Below, one piece after another: positions 10,056 to 20,560 of a stretch of DNA of 64,000 nt (the first letter of the stretch is position 1; each line of letters starts with the position of its first letter). The notes under the pieces were generated by a model. That model did not search any database. It was not told where the DNA came from and saw nothing but the letters and a program-made list of their open reading frames with translations. Source of the DNA: Thermodesulfovibrionales bacterium. Its GTDB lineage: Bacteria; Nitrospirota; Thermodesulfovibrionia; Thermodesulfovibrionales; Dissulfurispiraceae. The position numbers and the translations under genes were made by a program. The stretch is from assembly GCA_046350935.1 (NCBI GenBank), contig JAXLZK010000010.1, forward strand, positions 18,569 to 82,568, written 5' to 3'.

Positions 10056-11222
10056 TCACGACTGAATGCCTGTTATGATGCGTTCGTATTCTTCCGCAAA
10101 ACTGGCCCTGGTGTGGTGCTTCCGTGCGTAGTCCCATGCCTTCCGGGCTCGCTCCTCTCGCTCAGCGGGCCGGAGAGAGGCGATCCGGTGCAGGGCTTCC
10201 CGCAGTGCATCGGGGGAGCTTTCCCTGAGGAGAATGCCGAAGTCCTCCACATCCACCCCCGATTCGTAGCTGACCAGGGGGATAAGCCCCTCGTGCATGC
10301 AGGTGACCACGCTCCCTGCCTGCCCCTCCGAGCAGGAAGGGTAGAGAATCCCGGCGCACTTCTCCGTTATCTCCCGGAAGGCGGGGCTGTCGATCGAGAC
10401 CCATCCGACGGTATGGATATTGGGCGTAGCGTACAACTCGCGGGCGTACTCCTTCTCGAAGTCCCGCTCCTTCCCGACCGGCCCGCAGACATACAGGGTG
10501 AAATCGGGCATGCCGGCGAAGACATCGAGCACGAGGTCGAGCCCCTTGTGCACCAGCCCCCCGCTCCCCAGCCACAGGAAGCTCCTCCCGCAGGACGCGA
10601 AGTCTTTCCCCTCCGGCCAGGGATAGACCATGCAGGCAGGCACATGGGTGCGGAAGAGCGGTTTGCGGGCATACGCGTACGTCCCGAGGGTAAACTCGTT
10701 GCCCAGCACCGTGGCATAGTCCGCGTGCTCGATCGCCAGGTTGGGCTCCACGATCCGCACGCCCCCCAGCGTTACCCCCCTCCGCTGCTGCAGGGAGAGG
10801 GCGCGGCGGTAGGAGGCCCCGTTATTGAAGAGCCAGTGGGCCGTATCCAGGTTCGCCACCTTGATGCAGTCCCGGTTCAAAAGCCGGGCAATGCGAGCGA
10901 AATTGGTGCGGGCCGAGACGAAAAACGAGTAGTCCCTGTCCGGGGCATAGGTCCTGTTGCGGTAGTCGATGGCGTCCACTGCGTAGCCCAGGCGCAGGAA
11001 AGCCGCCGCGATTTCGAGCGACTCCCCGAAATGGGTATGGGTGACCGGGAGAGGCTCCCCCTCCCTCAGGAGAAAGGGGGCCATGATATACGCCAGGAGA
11101 GCCCTGCCCCTTTCGGCCCCGTGCGGACGCAGGGTCACCCGTTCCGGGCCGCCGGAGTCCGGCAGGCTCCTCCGTATCTCCACCCCGAAGCGCAGCGCAA
11201 GGCCCTTCAGGAGCGTCTTCAC
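10056..11222 (-). CDS. GT1/GT4-family glycosyltransferase
   Basis: Intact 388-aa ORF. The C-terminal GT-B donor-binding region reads FLWLGSGGLVHKGLDLVLDVF..YVCGPVG..AGILYPSCSEGQAGSVVTCMHEGLIPLVS (EX7E-like). Confidence 0.8.
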   Translation of the reverse strand: MKTLLKGLALRFGVEIRRSLPDSGGPERVTLRPHGAERGRALLAYIMAPFLLREGEPLPVTHTHFGESLEIAAAFLRLGYAVDAIDYRNRTYAPDRDYSFFVSARTNFARIARLLNRDCIKVANLDTAHWLFNNGASYRRALSLQQRRGVTLGGVRIVEPNLAIEHADYATVLGNEFTLGTYAYARKPLFRTHVPACMVYPWPEGKDFASCGRSFLWLGSGGLVHKGLDLVLDVFAGMPDFTLYVCGPVGKERDFEKEYARELYATPNIHTVGWVSIDSPAFREITEKCAGILYPSCSEGQAGSVVTCMHEGLIPLVSYESGVDVEDFGILLRESSPDALREALHRIASLRPAEREERARKAWDYARKHHTRASFAEEYERIITGIQS

Positions 11223-12070
11223 GACTCCCTCCGCACCCTCCTCACCAGCCGCGCTATCGCCTCGCGGAGGTGGTCGGCCGTCAGGGGGGCCTTCCGGGGG
11301 CCGCTCCCCGGTTCGCTGTACTGCCGCATCTTGATCATGTTCAGGGGGAAGATATGTCCGTACGAGGCATCGCCCCCGGTGCCGTCCCTGTCCTTCATGA
11401 ACGACTCTTCGTTAAACCACTCCCAGTCGCCGTACCAGGTCCAGCATCCGTTTTTCTTATAGACGTCCTTTGCCGTCCTCCCCGCCGCCTTGTTCGTCTT
11501 CAGCGTCACGTATTCGGAGGTGAACCCGGACACGTACCGCAGCATGAGCGGAAAGGACCTGTTGCTGCAGTAGTTGGAAAACCAGAGTGTATAGCCCACT
11601 TCCCCCTGGAGCTCCTTCACGGCCCTGTATACCTGGACATGCTCGGCGTGCCCGTATTCACCCCAGGGGTTATGGGTGAACACGTTCCGGCACCCTTGCA
11701 GCCGCGGCCGGAGCTGCTCCTTCAATTTCCGGTAGTTGCTGCTGTATATCTCGTGGGCGGAGGCGGCGTGGGTGATCTCGATGCCGTACGGGGTAATCAC
11801 CGGGTTGTTCCAGTCGGGGCCGTGAAAGGTCTCGGACTCGTGCAGACCGAGGCAGACGATGTTTTTTATCGGGTGCTCCTCGATGCTCTTCCTCCGCCCC
11901 GCGCCCCAGTGCGGTTTCGACGCGCACTCCAGAAAGCAGAGCACTACCGCGTCGGCCTTGCCGACAATGGAGCTGAAGAACAGCACTTCGTCGTCGGGAT
12001 GCGCGGAGACGATAACGGATTTATCGAGCATCAGCATCTGACGGGCTACGCGCGTGGAGCGGAATTTCAT
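11219..12070 (-). CDS. PIG-L/LmbE-family deacetylase
   Basis: AHPDDE motif (VIVSAHPDDEVLFFSS) lies near the N-terminus. The track ORF extends to 12154, but ATG 12070 (MKFRSTRV) has a GGAGG Shine-Dalgarno and avoids overlap with the upstream gene. Confidence 0.75.
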   Translation of the reverse strand: MKFRSTRVARQMLMLDKSVIVSAHPDDEVLFFSSIVGKADAVVLCFLECASKPHWGAGRRKSIEEHPIKNIVCLGLHESETFHGPDWNNPVITPYGIEITHAASAHEIYSSNYRKLKEQLRPRLQGCRNVFTHNPWGEYGHAEHVQVYRAVKELQGEVGYTLWFSNYCSNRSFPLMLRYVSGFTSEYVTLKTNKAAGRTAKDVYKKNGCWTWYGDWEWFNEESFMKDRDGTGGDASYGHIFPLNMIKMRQYSEPGSGPRKAPLTADHLREAIARLVRRVRRES

Positions 12071-12138
12071 TGTCGGCCTCCCGGGAAACGGCACCTTTCT
12101 TCCTGTCCCCCTCCCCTTCTTTTTCCTCACTCCGTGCT

Positions 12139-13212
12139 TCAGGCTCCCCCCCATCTCTTTACCACCCTCTTCAGGGGCTCCGGCATGCTTCTTCTCAACC
12201 GCGAAGGAAGGGATTCCCTCCTGATGACCACATTCCTGTTGAAACGCTCCGTGACGCCGAAAGAGAGCTTATACTCCTCCCTGCCCGCCCCGAAATCGAA
12301 GACACGGAACCCGTTCTCAACGGCATACCGGATGCAATACCCGACCATGACCCTCCCCGGCGAGAGCTTTGCAAAAGCTTCATTAAACCCCATGATATAT
12401 CCGGTGAAAGTGCCTGTCCTGCGGTCCAGGAACGCCGCGGCCCCTGCCAGGGGCTCCTTGCCGTTCCACAGGACCGGGAGCAGCAGGCTGTTCCCCTCAA
12501 AGCAGCGCCGCAGGAGAGTCCGGATACGGGGCAGCTCGTCTGCCCTCTCCCTCCCCCACCGCGCCTTCCAGAGGGTCAGGAGGGTCCCGATATGCTCTTC
12601 GAGCGTCCCCTTTTCCGCATGGGTGACACGGAAGTCCCTGAGACCCTCCACTTTCCGCATATGGTATTTCAGGTCCTTCCGCGTAGCCGTGCTGAGAAAA
12701 TCCCGGAGGTACTGCTCCCAGGTATCGGGCAGAAGGATGCGGGGACAGGGGACACGGCCGACCTCATGTACGCGGAAGAGTCCGCCGGGGAAATGGACAA
12801 GGAAGGAGTCGAGCCGCCGGTCCGCCACGTGCCAGAGGGCGAAAGCATTCCACCGCATCTTCTTCTGCACAAAACGGGCAAAAGTTGCGAGGTCGCTTTC
12901 AGCGTACCCCGGTGCGCAGACGAATCCCGTGTTGTCCGCCCAGGGCTCCCCCCCGATCACCAGCTTGCGGAAGACCTTGAGCCGTCCTCTCCGGACAGCG
13001 TGCATGCCCAGGGGCAGAAAGGAGCGGTAGGAGGAAGCTCCCCGCTGCCGCAGGGCCAGCACGCTCCAGGAATACGGAGTAATCTCCATCCATCCCCGCT
13101 GCCATTCCCACGAGGCAAATATCGTCGCCTCCGTGTCCGACGCATATACTTCGCTCCAGTTTTTTCGTATCTTCTCGAAATCCTCGCTGCGGGTGATGAT
13201 ATCGACCTGCAT
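12139..13212 (-). CDS. FemAB/CelD-like GNAT acyltransferase (PEP-CTERM-locus FemAB-related type), copy 1
   Basis: Intact ORF reading MQVDIITRSEDFEKIRKNWSEVYASDTEATIFASWEWQRGWME...GYIMGFNEAFAKLSPGRVMVGYCIRYAVENGFRVFDFGAGREEYKLSFG. This is the typical CelD/BioF2-like acetyltransferase C-terminus. The start is taken at ATG 13212. Confidence 0.7.
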   Translation of the reverse strand: MQVDIITRSEDFEKIRKNWSEVYASDTEATIFASWEWQRGWMEITPYSWSVLALRQRGASSYRSFLPLGMHAVRRGRLKVFRKLVIGGEPWADNTGFVCAPGYAESDLATFARFVQKKMRWNAFALWHVADRRLDSFLVHFPGGLFRVHEVGRVPCPRILLPDTWEQYLRDFLSTATRKDLKYHMRKVEGLRDFRVTHAEKGTLEEHIGTLLTLWKARWGRERADELPRIRTLLRRCFEGNSLLLPVLWNGKEPLAGAAAFLDRRTGTFTGYIMGFNEAFAKLSPGRVMVGYCIRYAVENGFRVFDFGAGREEYKLSFGVTERFNRNVVIRRESLPSRLRRSMPEPLKRVVKRWGGA

Positions 13213-13334
13213 GGTTTCCGGCCCCCTCGTATGGCAGCTTGTTCTTATCCGATATATTCCGCGCACCCTGCGCCCTTCGTACAGGGGCGGAAGAAGAAAG
13301 AGAATACGATGGAAAGGGGATCAGCACTTCTGTT

Positions 13335-14401
13335 TCACCGCATTACCAGCTTCCGGATCACCCGTTTCAGGGGGGACGGGACGCTGTTTTTCATCCTGAC
13401 GAAGATAGGCTCCCTCTTGATGAAGAGGTTCCTGTTCGTGCGCTCCCGGGTGCCAAACGAATATTTGTATTTCTCGCCCCCCGCCCCGAAATCGTAGATG
13501 CGGAAGCCGTTTTCGATGGCATGCCGGATATGGAAACCCGTCATGACATTTCCGGGGGACAAGGAGGCGAAGGCATGATTGAATCCGGTGGTATACCCGC
13601 TGAAGACCCCCTGCTTCCGGTCGGTAAACGCCGCCTCCGCCGCGAAAGGGGCATTCCCCTCCCAGAGGGTGGTCAGGCAGAGCGTCCCGGCTGCCGCGCA
13701 CCTGCTGAAGAGCGTACGGTACACGTTCAGGACAGCTTCCGGCGCAGCCCCCCAGCGCGCCTGCCAGAGCGCCAGAAGAGCATCGATCTGTTGTTCGAGA
13801 TTGTCCTCCCGCGTATGCACCGCCCGGAACCCGCTGAGGCGCTCCGCTTTTTTCATGTAGTATTTCAGGTGCTTCCTCGTGCACGGGCCCAGGAACTCCC
13901 GGAGGTATCTCTCCCACGAATCGGGCAGAAGGACATGGGGACAGACGGTCCCCGCCACCTCTCTCGTGTAGAAACTCTCCGGGGAGAAGCGGGACAGAAA
14001 GAGGTCCAGGCGGCGATCGGACACGTTCCGCATATCGAAGAGGTCCCACCGCAGGTGATGCTGCATGAACACGGCGAAAGCGGGGAGTGCGCGCTGCGCA
14101 CTGTCCGGGGCGCAGACGAAACCTGTATTGTCCGACCAGGGCATCCCGCCGATCACCAGCTGCCGGATCTCTCCCCCCATTCCTGACGGTCTCGCCCCCG
14201 AGGGGCAGGAAGGCGACATAGGGCGACCGTTCCGTTTCGCGGGCCGCCAGTACGAACCTCTCGTACGGCGCACTCTCCAGCCACCCGCGCATCCACTCCC
14301 AGGAGACGAACACCGTCGCCTCCGGGTCGGCGGGCGCCGCGCTCCAGGCCTCCGCGCACCCCCTCGATCTGTTCACTGTTCCTGAGGACGCTGATGCGCA
14401 T
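13335..14401 (-). pseudogene. FemAB/CelD-like GNAT acyltransferase, tandem paralog (copy 2), at least two frameshifts
   Basis: Colinear with copy 1 across three frames.
- MRISVLRNSEQIEG from ATG 14401, with a GGAGGAG SD.
- CAEAWSAAPADPEATVFVSWEWMRGWLESAPY..AFLPLGGETVRNGG in ORF 13321..14376.
- EIRQLVIGGMPWSDNTGFVCAP...YDFGAGGEKYKYSFG in ORF 13335..14273.
The frame changes fall at G/C homopolymer runs near 14367 and 14170. Confidence 0.7.
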
Positions 14402-15749
14402 TATATGCTCTCCTCCTGTCGTTTTCCTTCTCCCACAGGATGCGCCGCGGTGCTCCACTTCAGCAGGGGCCTGATAACCCCCGGCATGGACCCTGTCCAG
14501 TCCCCCCGCGCGGAATCTCCCTCCAAGCTGTCCGCCACCCTGGAAGGAAACCGCATCGGACGCCGTAAACTGGCAGCTCCGCGGGTTCAGGGTGAGCAGG
14601 GCCGCCTCCACGAAGAGCATGCCTTCCGCGAGGAGGTTCCCGGGTATCCGGGCGCTGCTGGTGTAGACCCCTTCGGGCCGTGGCCTGCCCCGCCATGCGG
14701 GGTCGTTGTCTATCGTCGTGAAAAGGAGACCCCCTCCTCGGTGTCGATATTGAAGTGGGGCGCCAGGACATACCCCGGTTTGAGCACCTCGTATTCCATT
14801 TCGAGGCTGACGGGCCTCCGGATGTCGAGGACCTCCCTGACCCGCCCGTCCTCCCCCCTGACCCGCACCGCGTTGAGGCGGACGATGTCGCCCGAGGGGC
14901 CTGCGCCGGATCGGGCCAGACCCGCTCCGCGATGGTGCTGTCCGCAGGGTTCAGGTAGGCGTTGACCACTTTGTCCGCCGGCCCGTCCTGTACAACCACG
15001 CCCGCATCGAGGAGAATAGCCCGCCTGCAGAGGCGGGTGATCGCCCTCATATTGTGCAGGGAGGGCGCGCGCGCGCAGAGACGAGGAGAGAGACGGTTCG
15101 TCCGTGCTGCCCCACGTCGTGCATCTTGTTCAGGCATTTCTTCTGGAAGTTCGTGTCCCCCACCGCCAGGACCTCGTCCACGATGAGGATCTCCGGTTCG
15201 AGGTGCGCGGCCACGGCAAAGGCGAGCCGCAGGTACATGCCGCTTGAATAGTGCTTCACCGGGGTGTCGATGAACTTTTCCACTTCGGCGAAGGAAACTA
15301 TTTCGTCGAATTTCCGTTCTATTTCGGTCCTTCTCATCCCGAGGATGGCGCCGTTCAGGTAGATGTTCTCGCGTCCGGTCAGCTGCGGGTGGAAGCCGGT
15401 GCCGACTTCGAGCAGGGAGCCCACCCTGCCGTGGATCTCCGCGCTTCCCTTCGTCGGCTCCACGATACGGGAGAGCACCTTGAGAAGGGTGCTTTTTCCC
15501 GCCCCGTTGCGCCCGGGATGATCCCCACCACCTCGCCCCTTGATGTCGAAGGAAACATCTGGAGCGCTCAGAACTTTTCGTTCAGCCCGTCCACCGCCGC
15601 GCGGCCCTGCCGGCCAGCAGGTGGGCCGCCTTAAGGAAGGGATTTGAACGAGTCGATCAGCGTCTCCTGCAGGGTCGGTAGGTCGCGCCGTTTCCCTATG
15701 TGGTATTCCTCTCGAGCCCCTCCACCCGGATGGCAATGGAGCTGTCCAT
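14401..15749 (-). pseudogene. wzt: Polysaccharide ABC exporter ATP-binding protein (Wzt/TagH type with C-terminal glycan-binding-like domain), at least four frameshifts
   Basis: - The gene starts at MDSSIAIRVEGL (ATG 15749).
- The ABC core lies in ORF 15047..15976: GRNGAGKSTLLKVLSRI (Walker A), HYSSGMYLRLAFAVA (signature) and ILIVDEVLAVGD (Walker B).
- The C-terminal domain is scattered over three frames: ..AYLNPADSTIAERVWPDP.., ..LFVEAALLTLNPRSCQFTASDAVSFQ.. and ..DSLEGDSARGDWTGSMPGVIRPLLKW.
- The TAA stop overlaps the next ATG (TAATG at 14401). Confidence 0.75.
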
Positions 15750-15750
15750 G

Positions 15751-16571
15751 CTACACCACGTCCGCGAAGGTCTCTCGAACCCGTACGGCACAGGCCGCTG
15801 ACGAGCAGGAGAAGGGCCGCCAGCGAGGACCCGATGAGCATGGGGCCAGGCGAGGTATCGGCGCCCAGCAGCGCCCACCGGAAGCCCTCCCACACCGCCA
15901 TGGGGTTGATCCCGTACACGGTCCTCGAGGCTCGAGAGCCTGGCCGGATAGGTGACCGGGCGTCGCGTAGAACCACAACTGCATCAGGAAACCGGTGGCA
16001 TGCCCCACGTCCTGGAACTGCACGTTCATGGCGATATCAGAGGGAGAGCGCGAGAGCGCTGACAAAGGCCAGCGCCATGAGAAACGGCAGCCATACCATG
16101 TTGGCGGTTGGGACGATGCCGTAGAACAGCATCATGCAGACCAGCGTGGCGAATGCCAGGACGAAGTCCACCACCCCCGACAGGACCGCCGCGATCGGGA
16201 TCGCGAGGCGGGGAAAGTAGACCTTCCTGATAAGGTTGGAGTTCCCCACCAGGTTGTGCGCCGCCCTCCCCCAGCCCTCCGGCGAAAAGGTCCAGGGCAC
16301 CAGGGCCGCATAGCTGAAGATGGGGTACGGGACGCCGTCGGAGGGCATCTTCACCACCGCTCCGAAGATGACGCTGAAGACCACCATCGTGAAGAAGGGC
16401 TGCACCACCGCCCAGGCGGCCCCAGCACCGTCTGTTTCCGCGCACCTTGATATCGCGCCACACAAGAAAATAGAGCAGCTCGCGGTACTCCAGCAGGTCG
16501 CGCAAGTTGAGGGGAACCCATCCCCCGCGAAGGCTGGATGCGGATGACCGACGCTCCGGGGTGGTAGACAT
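15751..16571 (-). pseudogene. wzm: Polysaccharide ABC exporter permease (ABC-2/Wzm/TagG type), at least three frameshifts
   Basis: - The gene starts at MSTTPERR..LLEYRELLYFLVWRDIKVR, in ORF 16026..16856.
- It continues with VQPFFTMVVFSVIFG..GVPYPIFSYAALVPWTFF..IRKVYFPRLAIPIAAVLSGVVDFVLAF, in ORF 16037..16927.
- The C-terminus is ..MQLWFYATP...RVRETFADVV, in ORF 15751..16065.
- ATG 16571 is preceded by GGAGGCGGGG. Confidence 0.7.
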
Positions 16572-16649
16572 CCCCGCCTCCTTCTTTCCTTCTGCGTAAA
16601 GAGCGCTCTCTCCTTTTTTCTCTTTTCGGGCCGCCGCGGGAGTCGCCGC

Positions 16650-17341
16650 TCCTTGGCGTTGTCGGCCGACGTAGCGGCCTCTCGGCACGATGTCGGTGAG
16701 CTCCCGCGGTTCTCCTCCATGCGGGCATTGACGACACTGCGGCGACATCTTCGGGCTGCATAAGCCCGCCTCTGCGGCCGGTAGGGGCGCCCCTGCCGTG
16801 GATGGCGGCCTGCATGAGAGTGCGGCTGGTCCCTGCCCCGGGTAGACGCTGAGCACCCGGACCCCGTCAATTCACACCCGCAGGCTGTCGGCAATGGCCT
16901 TGAGGCGCGTGCTTGGACGCCACGCATACTGGCTTACCGCCCGCGCTCCAAACGCTCAGATTGATGAAGACGATCTGGCCGCGGCCGGCTTTGAGAAGGG
17001 GCAGCGGCACGGGTCAGCAGGTAGGGGCGATGAGCCCGGTCGAACTCTTCAACGGGCGAATCTTCGAGGCCTGGAGCACTTCGGCAGTGGACAAGGACAA
17101 GGCGCGCGTCCGGTACGATGCTCCGCCCGAGCTCCGCGATCCCACTCCCCGCAGGACAGGTCGGTCTGATAGCAGTGTACAGCGGCAGCTCCAGGCCCGG
17201 TAAGCTCAACGCAGTCTCCCCAGCGCTGTCCTCCCGGCAGGTAGGCGCCATGCCCTCTTCAGCGAGGGAGAGGGCAACCGCCCTGCCGATCCCCGGCTCG
17301 CCGGTGACCTGGCGACATCCTTGAGCTGGCACCGGCGCCAT
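16650..17341 (-). pseudogene. Short-chain dehydrogenase/reductase (SDR), heavily frameshifted; boundaries approximate
   Basis: - The Gly-rich NAD motif is VTGEPGIGRAVALSLAEEG, in ORF 16934..17437.
- SDR-like pieces appear in other frames: ..AGRGQIVFIN.., ..ASKHA..IADSLRVE.. and ..VRVLSVYPG.
- The C-terminal pieces are ..LMQPEDVAAV.. and ..EVTDIVPRP.
No clean stop could be placed: all three frames stay open between about 16571 and 16700. Confidence 0.45.
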
Positions 17342-17344
17342 TCG

Positions 17345-18664
17345 TGCCTCCTGGCCGCCAGGGTCGCCCTTGCGGTCGAAGAAATTGATCTCCGCGACTC
17401 CCGGGAGGGAAAAGGCACCGTCCGAGAGATTCAGCACCCATAGAGGGCGAGCTCCTGCGCCCTTTTCTCCCCCTGGCCGCCGGGGTAGAGCCCCCTCCTT
17501 CCCAGCTGCGGCTCGCCCCGGGGAGAGAGGTTTTCGTATTTGCCGTCCCCCTCCAGCACCTGCAGAAGGGAGGCGCAGAGGGCGAAAGACCCGGCAAGGG
17601 CCCCGCCTTCACCAGGTCCAGGTTGTCCGCCGAGGTGTGGTATTCAGGATAGCACCCGTGCGGCGTCCTCATCAGGCAGCCCACCGGCAGGCTGATTCCG
17701 GGAGAACAGTATTGCCGCTCGTCATAGCCCACCGGACTGAAGTCCACCACCGTGTACGGCTCTCCCGAATCCTTCAGCGCCCGCAGCATCGTTCCGTCGA
17801 TCTCGTCGCCCCGCCGGCTCCTCTTATAGGTGAACCCTCCCGCATCGCCCACCCCGGCGAGCACGAGGCCGTGCCGTATCCTGGAGAGGCTCTTCTCGTT
17901 CCGGGAGAGCCAGGCGAGGGGGCTGATGGTGCCGGGAAGGAACAGGAACCGGTAGGAATAGCGGAGAGGCGCCCTACCGGGATGCCCGGCGGAATGCCCG
18001 GCGAGCTGTTCGGCAAGAAGCGCGGCGACGGCGATGCCGGACAGGTTGTCGTTACAGAGGGACGGGTGGCAGACATGGCACGAGAAGACGATCTCCAGGG
18101 GCTCCCGCCCCTGATGAAACACTCTCCGTAGGTGAGGGAGCCCTCGTCCAGCGAGGCGTCGATGCGGACCTCGTATTCACCTCCTCGTCAAGCTCCAGGA
18201 AGCGGGCGTGGCTCATGCAGAAGCCCCAGTTCCGCCGGTAGTAGGAGGTGCGGTAGGGGATCCAGTCCGGGTGCTCCGGCAGGGTGAAGAGGTGCTCCTT
18301 CAGTTCCGCGAGGAGACCTTCGCGTGCACCGGCGCGCTGTAGCCCACGACGTGGAGGTTCGGACTCCCTGAAGTCCACCACCCTCTCGCCCGCCGCGTTC
18401 TTGACATAGGCATCCCGCACGTTCCATTCCGGGGGCACCGTCCAGTCGAACACCTTCGTGCCCGACGGGACCTCGTGCAGCTCGAGAGGGATGCGTTCGG
18501 CGATACGGGCGAGGGTCCCGCGCACCCCGTCGCCGGTGATACTGCGGCAGAAGGTACAGCGAGGCCGCGAAGCGGTACAGCTCTTCGCCGGCGGTCCCTC
18601 GACAGGACGGCATGCTCTTTTCAGATAGGTCGTTTCCATGGGTATGAACCTCCCGGGGGGCCAT
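17345..18664 (-). pseudogene. Aminopeptidase-like DUF4910/DUF2172-type protein common in glycan loci, frameshifted; boundaries approximate
   Basis: - ..GEELYRFAASLY.. is in ORF 18188..18664.
- CRSITGDGVRGTLARIAERIPLELHEVPSGTKVFDWTVPPEWNVRDAYV is in ORF 18052..18888.
- IVFSCHVCHPSLCNDNLSGIAVAALLAEQL..YSYRFLFLPGTISPLAWL..GLVLAGVGDAGGFTYKRSRRG..YPEYHTSADNLDLV is in ORF 17259..18122.
- The C-terminal ..GEPQLGRRGLYP.. and VLNLSDGAFSL pieces are in further frames. Confidence 0.55.
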
Positions 18665-18728
18665 GCCGCCGCTCCCCGAATGCTGCGCGGACGGAGGAAA
18701 AGAGAGCGAGGGGAGAGAGTGCCGGGGG

Positions 18729-19329
18729 TCAGCGTCTTTTCCAGTACTCGGCGTGCTCGGTGCCGGGAAAGGGGAGAGTGGAATAGGCGCTGTATTTCTG
18801 CGGGTCGTAGTCGCGGTAGCTTTTGTCCCTTTCCGAAATCACCTTTACCGCAAGGGGCCAGCGGATGCCGAAGGCGGGATCGTCCCACCTGACCCCTCTC
18901 GCGGAGTCGGGCCGGTAATACTCGGACATCTGGTAAAAGACCTCCGTATCGTCACGCAGCGTGAGGAAGCCGTGGGCGAAGCCCTCGGGGATATAGAGCA
19001 TCGTCCCGTTCTCCCCGCTGAGGGTCGCCGGAAGCCATTCCCGGAAGGTAGGGGAGCCGGGTCTCAGGTCGATGATCACGTCGTAGAGCCTTCCACGGAG
19101 GCACCTGACCAGCTTGGTCTCTCCGTACGGCTCCTCCTGGTAGTGCATGCCCTGCAGAGTGCCCCGCCTCCGCGTATAGGAAATATTGCACTGTGCGAGG
19201 CGCGGGTTGAGCCCGCGGCTCTCGAACTCCTTCCGGCACCAGGTGCGGGAGAAATAGCCGCGTCTGTCCTCTATCCTCTCCGGCTCGATGAGGAACGCAC
19301 CCCTTCAGTCTCGTCTCCCTGAAAATCAC
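18729..19329 (-). pseudogene. rfbC: dTDP/NDP-4-dehydro-6-deoxyhexose 3,5-epimerase (RfbC/cupin), one frameshift near 19296
   Basis: A GTG start at 19329 gives VIFRETRLKG. After a +1 shift the frame reads FLIEPERIEDRRGYFSRTWCRKEFESRGLNPRLAQCNISYTRRRGTLQGMHYQ. This continues into ORF 18729..19148 (..KLVRCLRGRLYDVIIDLRPGSPTF..MLYIPEGFAHGFLTL..). The start overlaps the upstream stop (GTGA). Confidence 0.8.
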
Positions 19330-20560
19330 CGGACCGTCACCTCGGGGACGAACGTGACGAACCTGCCCCCCACTCCCGTATGCACGCCATCTGCTCCATC
19401 ACCTCCTCCTTCAGGTTCCAGGGGAGGATCAGCAGTAGTCGGGCCTCGTCTCCCGCACCCCTCTCCGGGGCGCAGATCGGGATGCGCGAGCCCGGGAGAT
19501 AGCGGTTCTGCTTATACGGGCTCCGGTCCACCGTATAATCGATGAAGTCGGTCCTGATTCCGTGCAGTAGTTCAGGACGGTGTTCCCTTGCCGGGGCTCC
19601 GTACCCGGCAATGGACTTCCTCCCGCTTGCCCGCACCATGAAGTCGAGGATGGACCGCTTCGCTGCCCTCACCTTCTCCCCGAAGGAGCGATAGCGCTCC
19701 ATCCTGTCGAAGCCCGCGCCCGTCCCTTTCCCGCAGCTCCCCCACCCGCTCTCCCACGGCCTTCGCGGGAGTCCTCCGCGTGTGCGCGCGTAGATGCGGA
19801 GCGAGCCCCCGTGCGTCGGGAGCTCCTCCACATCGAAAAGGGTGAGGCCGTACCGCGAATACTCCCTTCTCGACGGTAAGGAAGGAGAAATAGGAAAAAT
19901 GCTCGTGGTAGATGGTGTCGAACTGGTTCTCCTCCATCAGCCTCAGCAGATGGGGAACTCCCATCGTGATGATCCCCTCCGGCTTCAGGAGGACCTTCAT
20001 CCCCTGCACGAAGTCGGTCAGCCCGGGCACATGGGCGAGAACGTTGTTCCTGATGAGCAGGTCCGCCCTCTTCCCCTTTGCGGACAGGGCTTCCGCCTGC
20101 TCCGTACCGAAAAACGCGGCAAGGGTGGGAATCCCCTTTTTGCGCGCCGCCTCCGCAACGTTCCGCGCAGGCTCGATCCCGAGGACCGGAATGCCCCTCT
20201 CCAGGAAGTACTGAGGGAGGTAGCCGTCGCTGCTCGCGTAGATCTCGACGACGTAGTGGCGGGCGGTGAGCCCGAAGCGCTCGGTCATCATCTCCGCGCA
20301 GCCGGGCGTGGGCCAGCCAGCTGTCCGAATAGGAGGAGAAGTAGGCATAGTCGCTGAAAATCTCCTCAGGGGCCCCAAAGACCGAGCTGGACGAGGTAGC
20401 ATGACGGACAGACATATGCGTGCAGCGGATAGAAGGGCTCCATTCCAAGGAGCTGGTCCGGCCTGAGATAGGAATTCGCAAGGGGCGACACCCCGAGGTC
20501 GGCGAAGGTGTCGGACAGCGGGCTATCGCAGAAGCGGCATCGTATTTCGCTTGTGGTCAT
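19326..20560 (-). pseudogene. NDP-hexose C-methyltransferase-like SAM methyltransferase (N-terminal Zn ribbon + class I MTase + C-terminal domain), at least four frameshifts
   Basis: - The Zn ribbon is MTTSEIRCRFCDSPLSDTFADLGVSPLANSYL..YPLHAYVCPSCYLVQL, in ORF 20366..20560.
- ..EEIFSDYAYFSSYSDSW.. is in ORF 19669..20481.
- VEIASSDGYLPQYFLERGIPVLGIEPARNVAEAA..ADLLIRNNVLAHVPGLTDFV..DTIYHEHFSYFS is in ORF 19572..20402.
- GGSLRIYA..KSIAGYGAPA..LLHGIRTDFIDYTVDRSPYKQNRYLPGSRIPI is in ORF 19337..19831. Confidence 0.65.
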
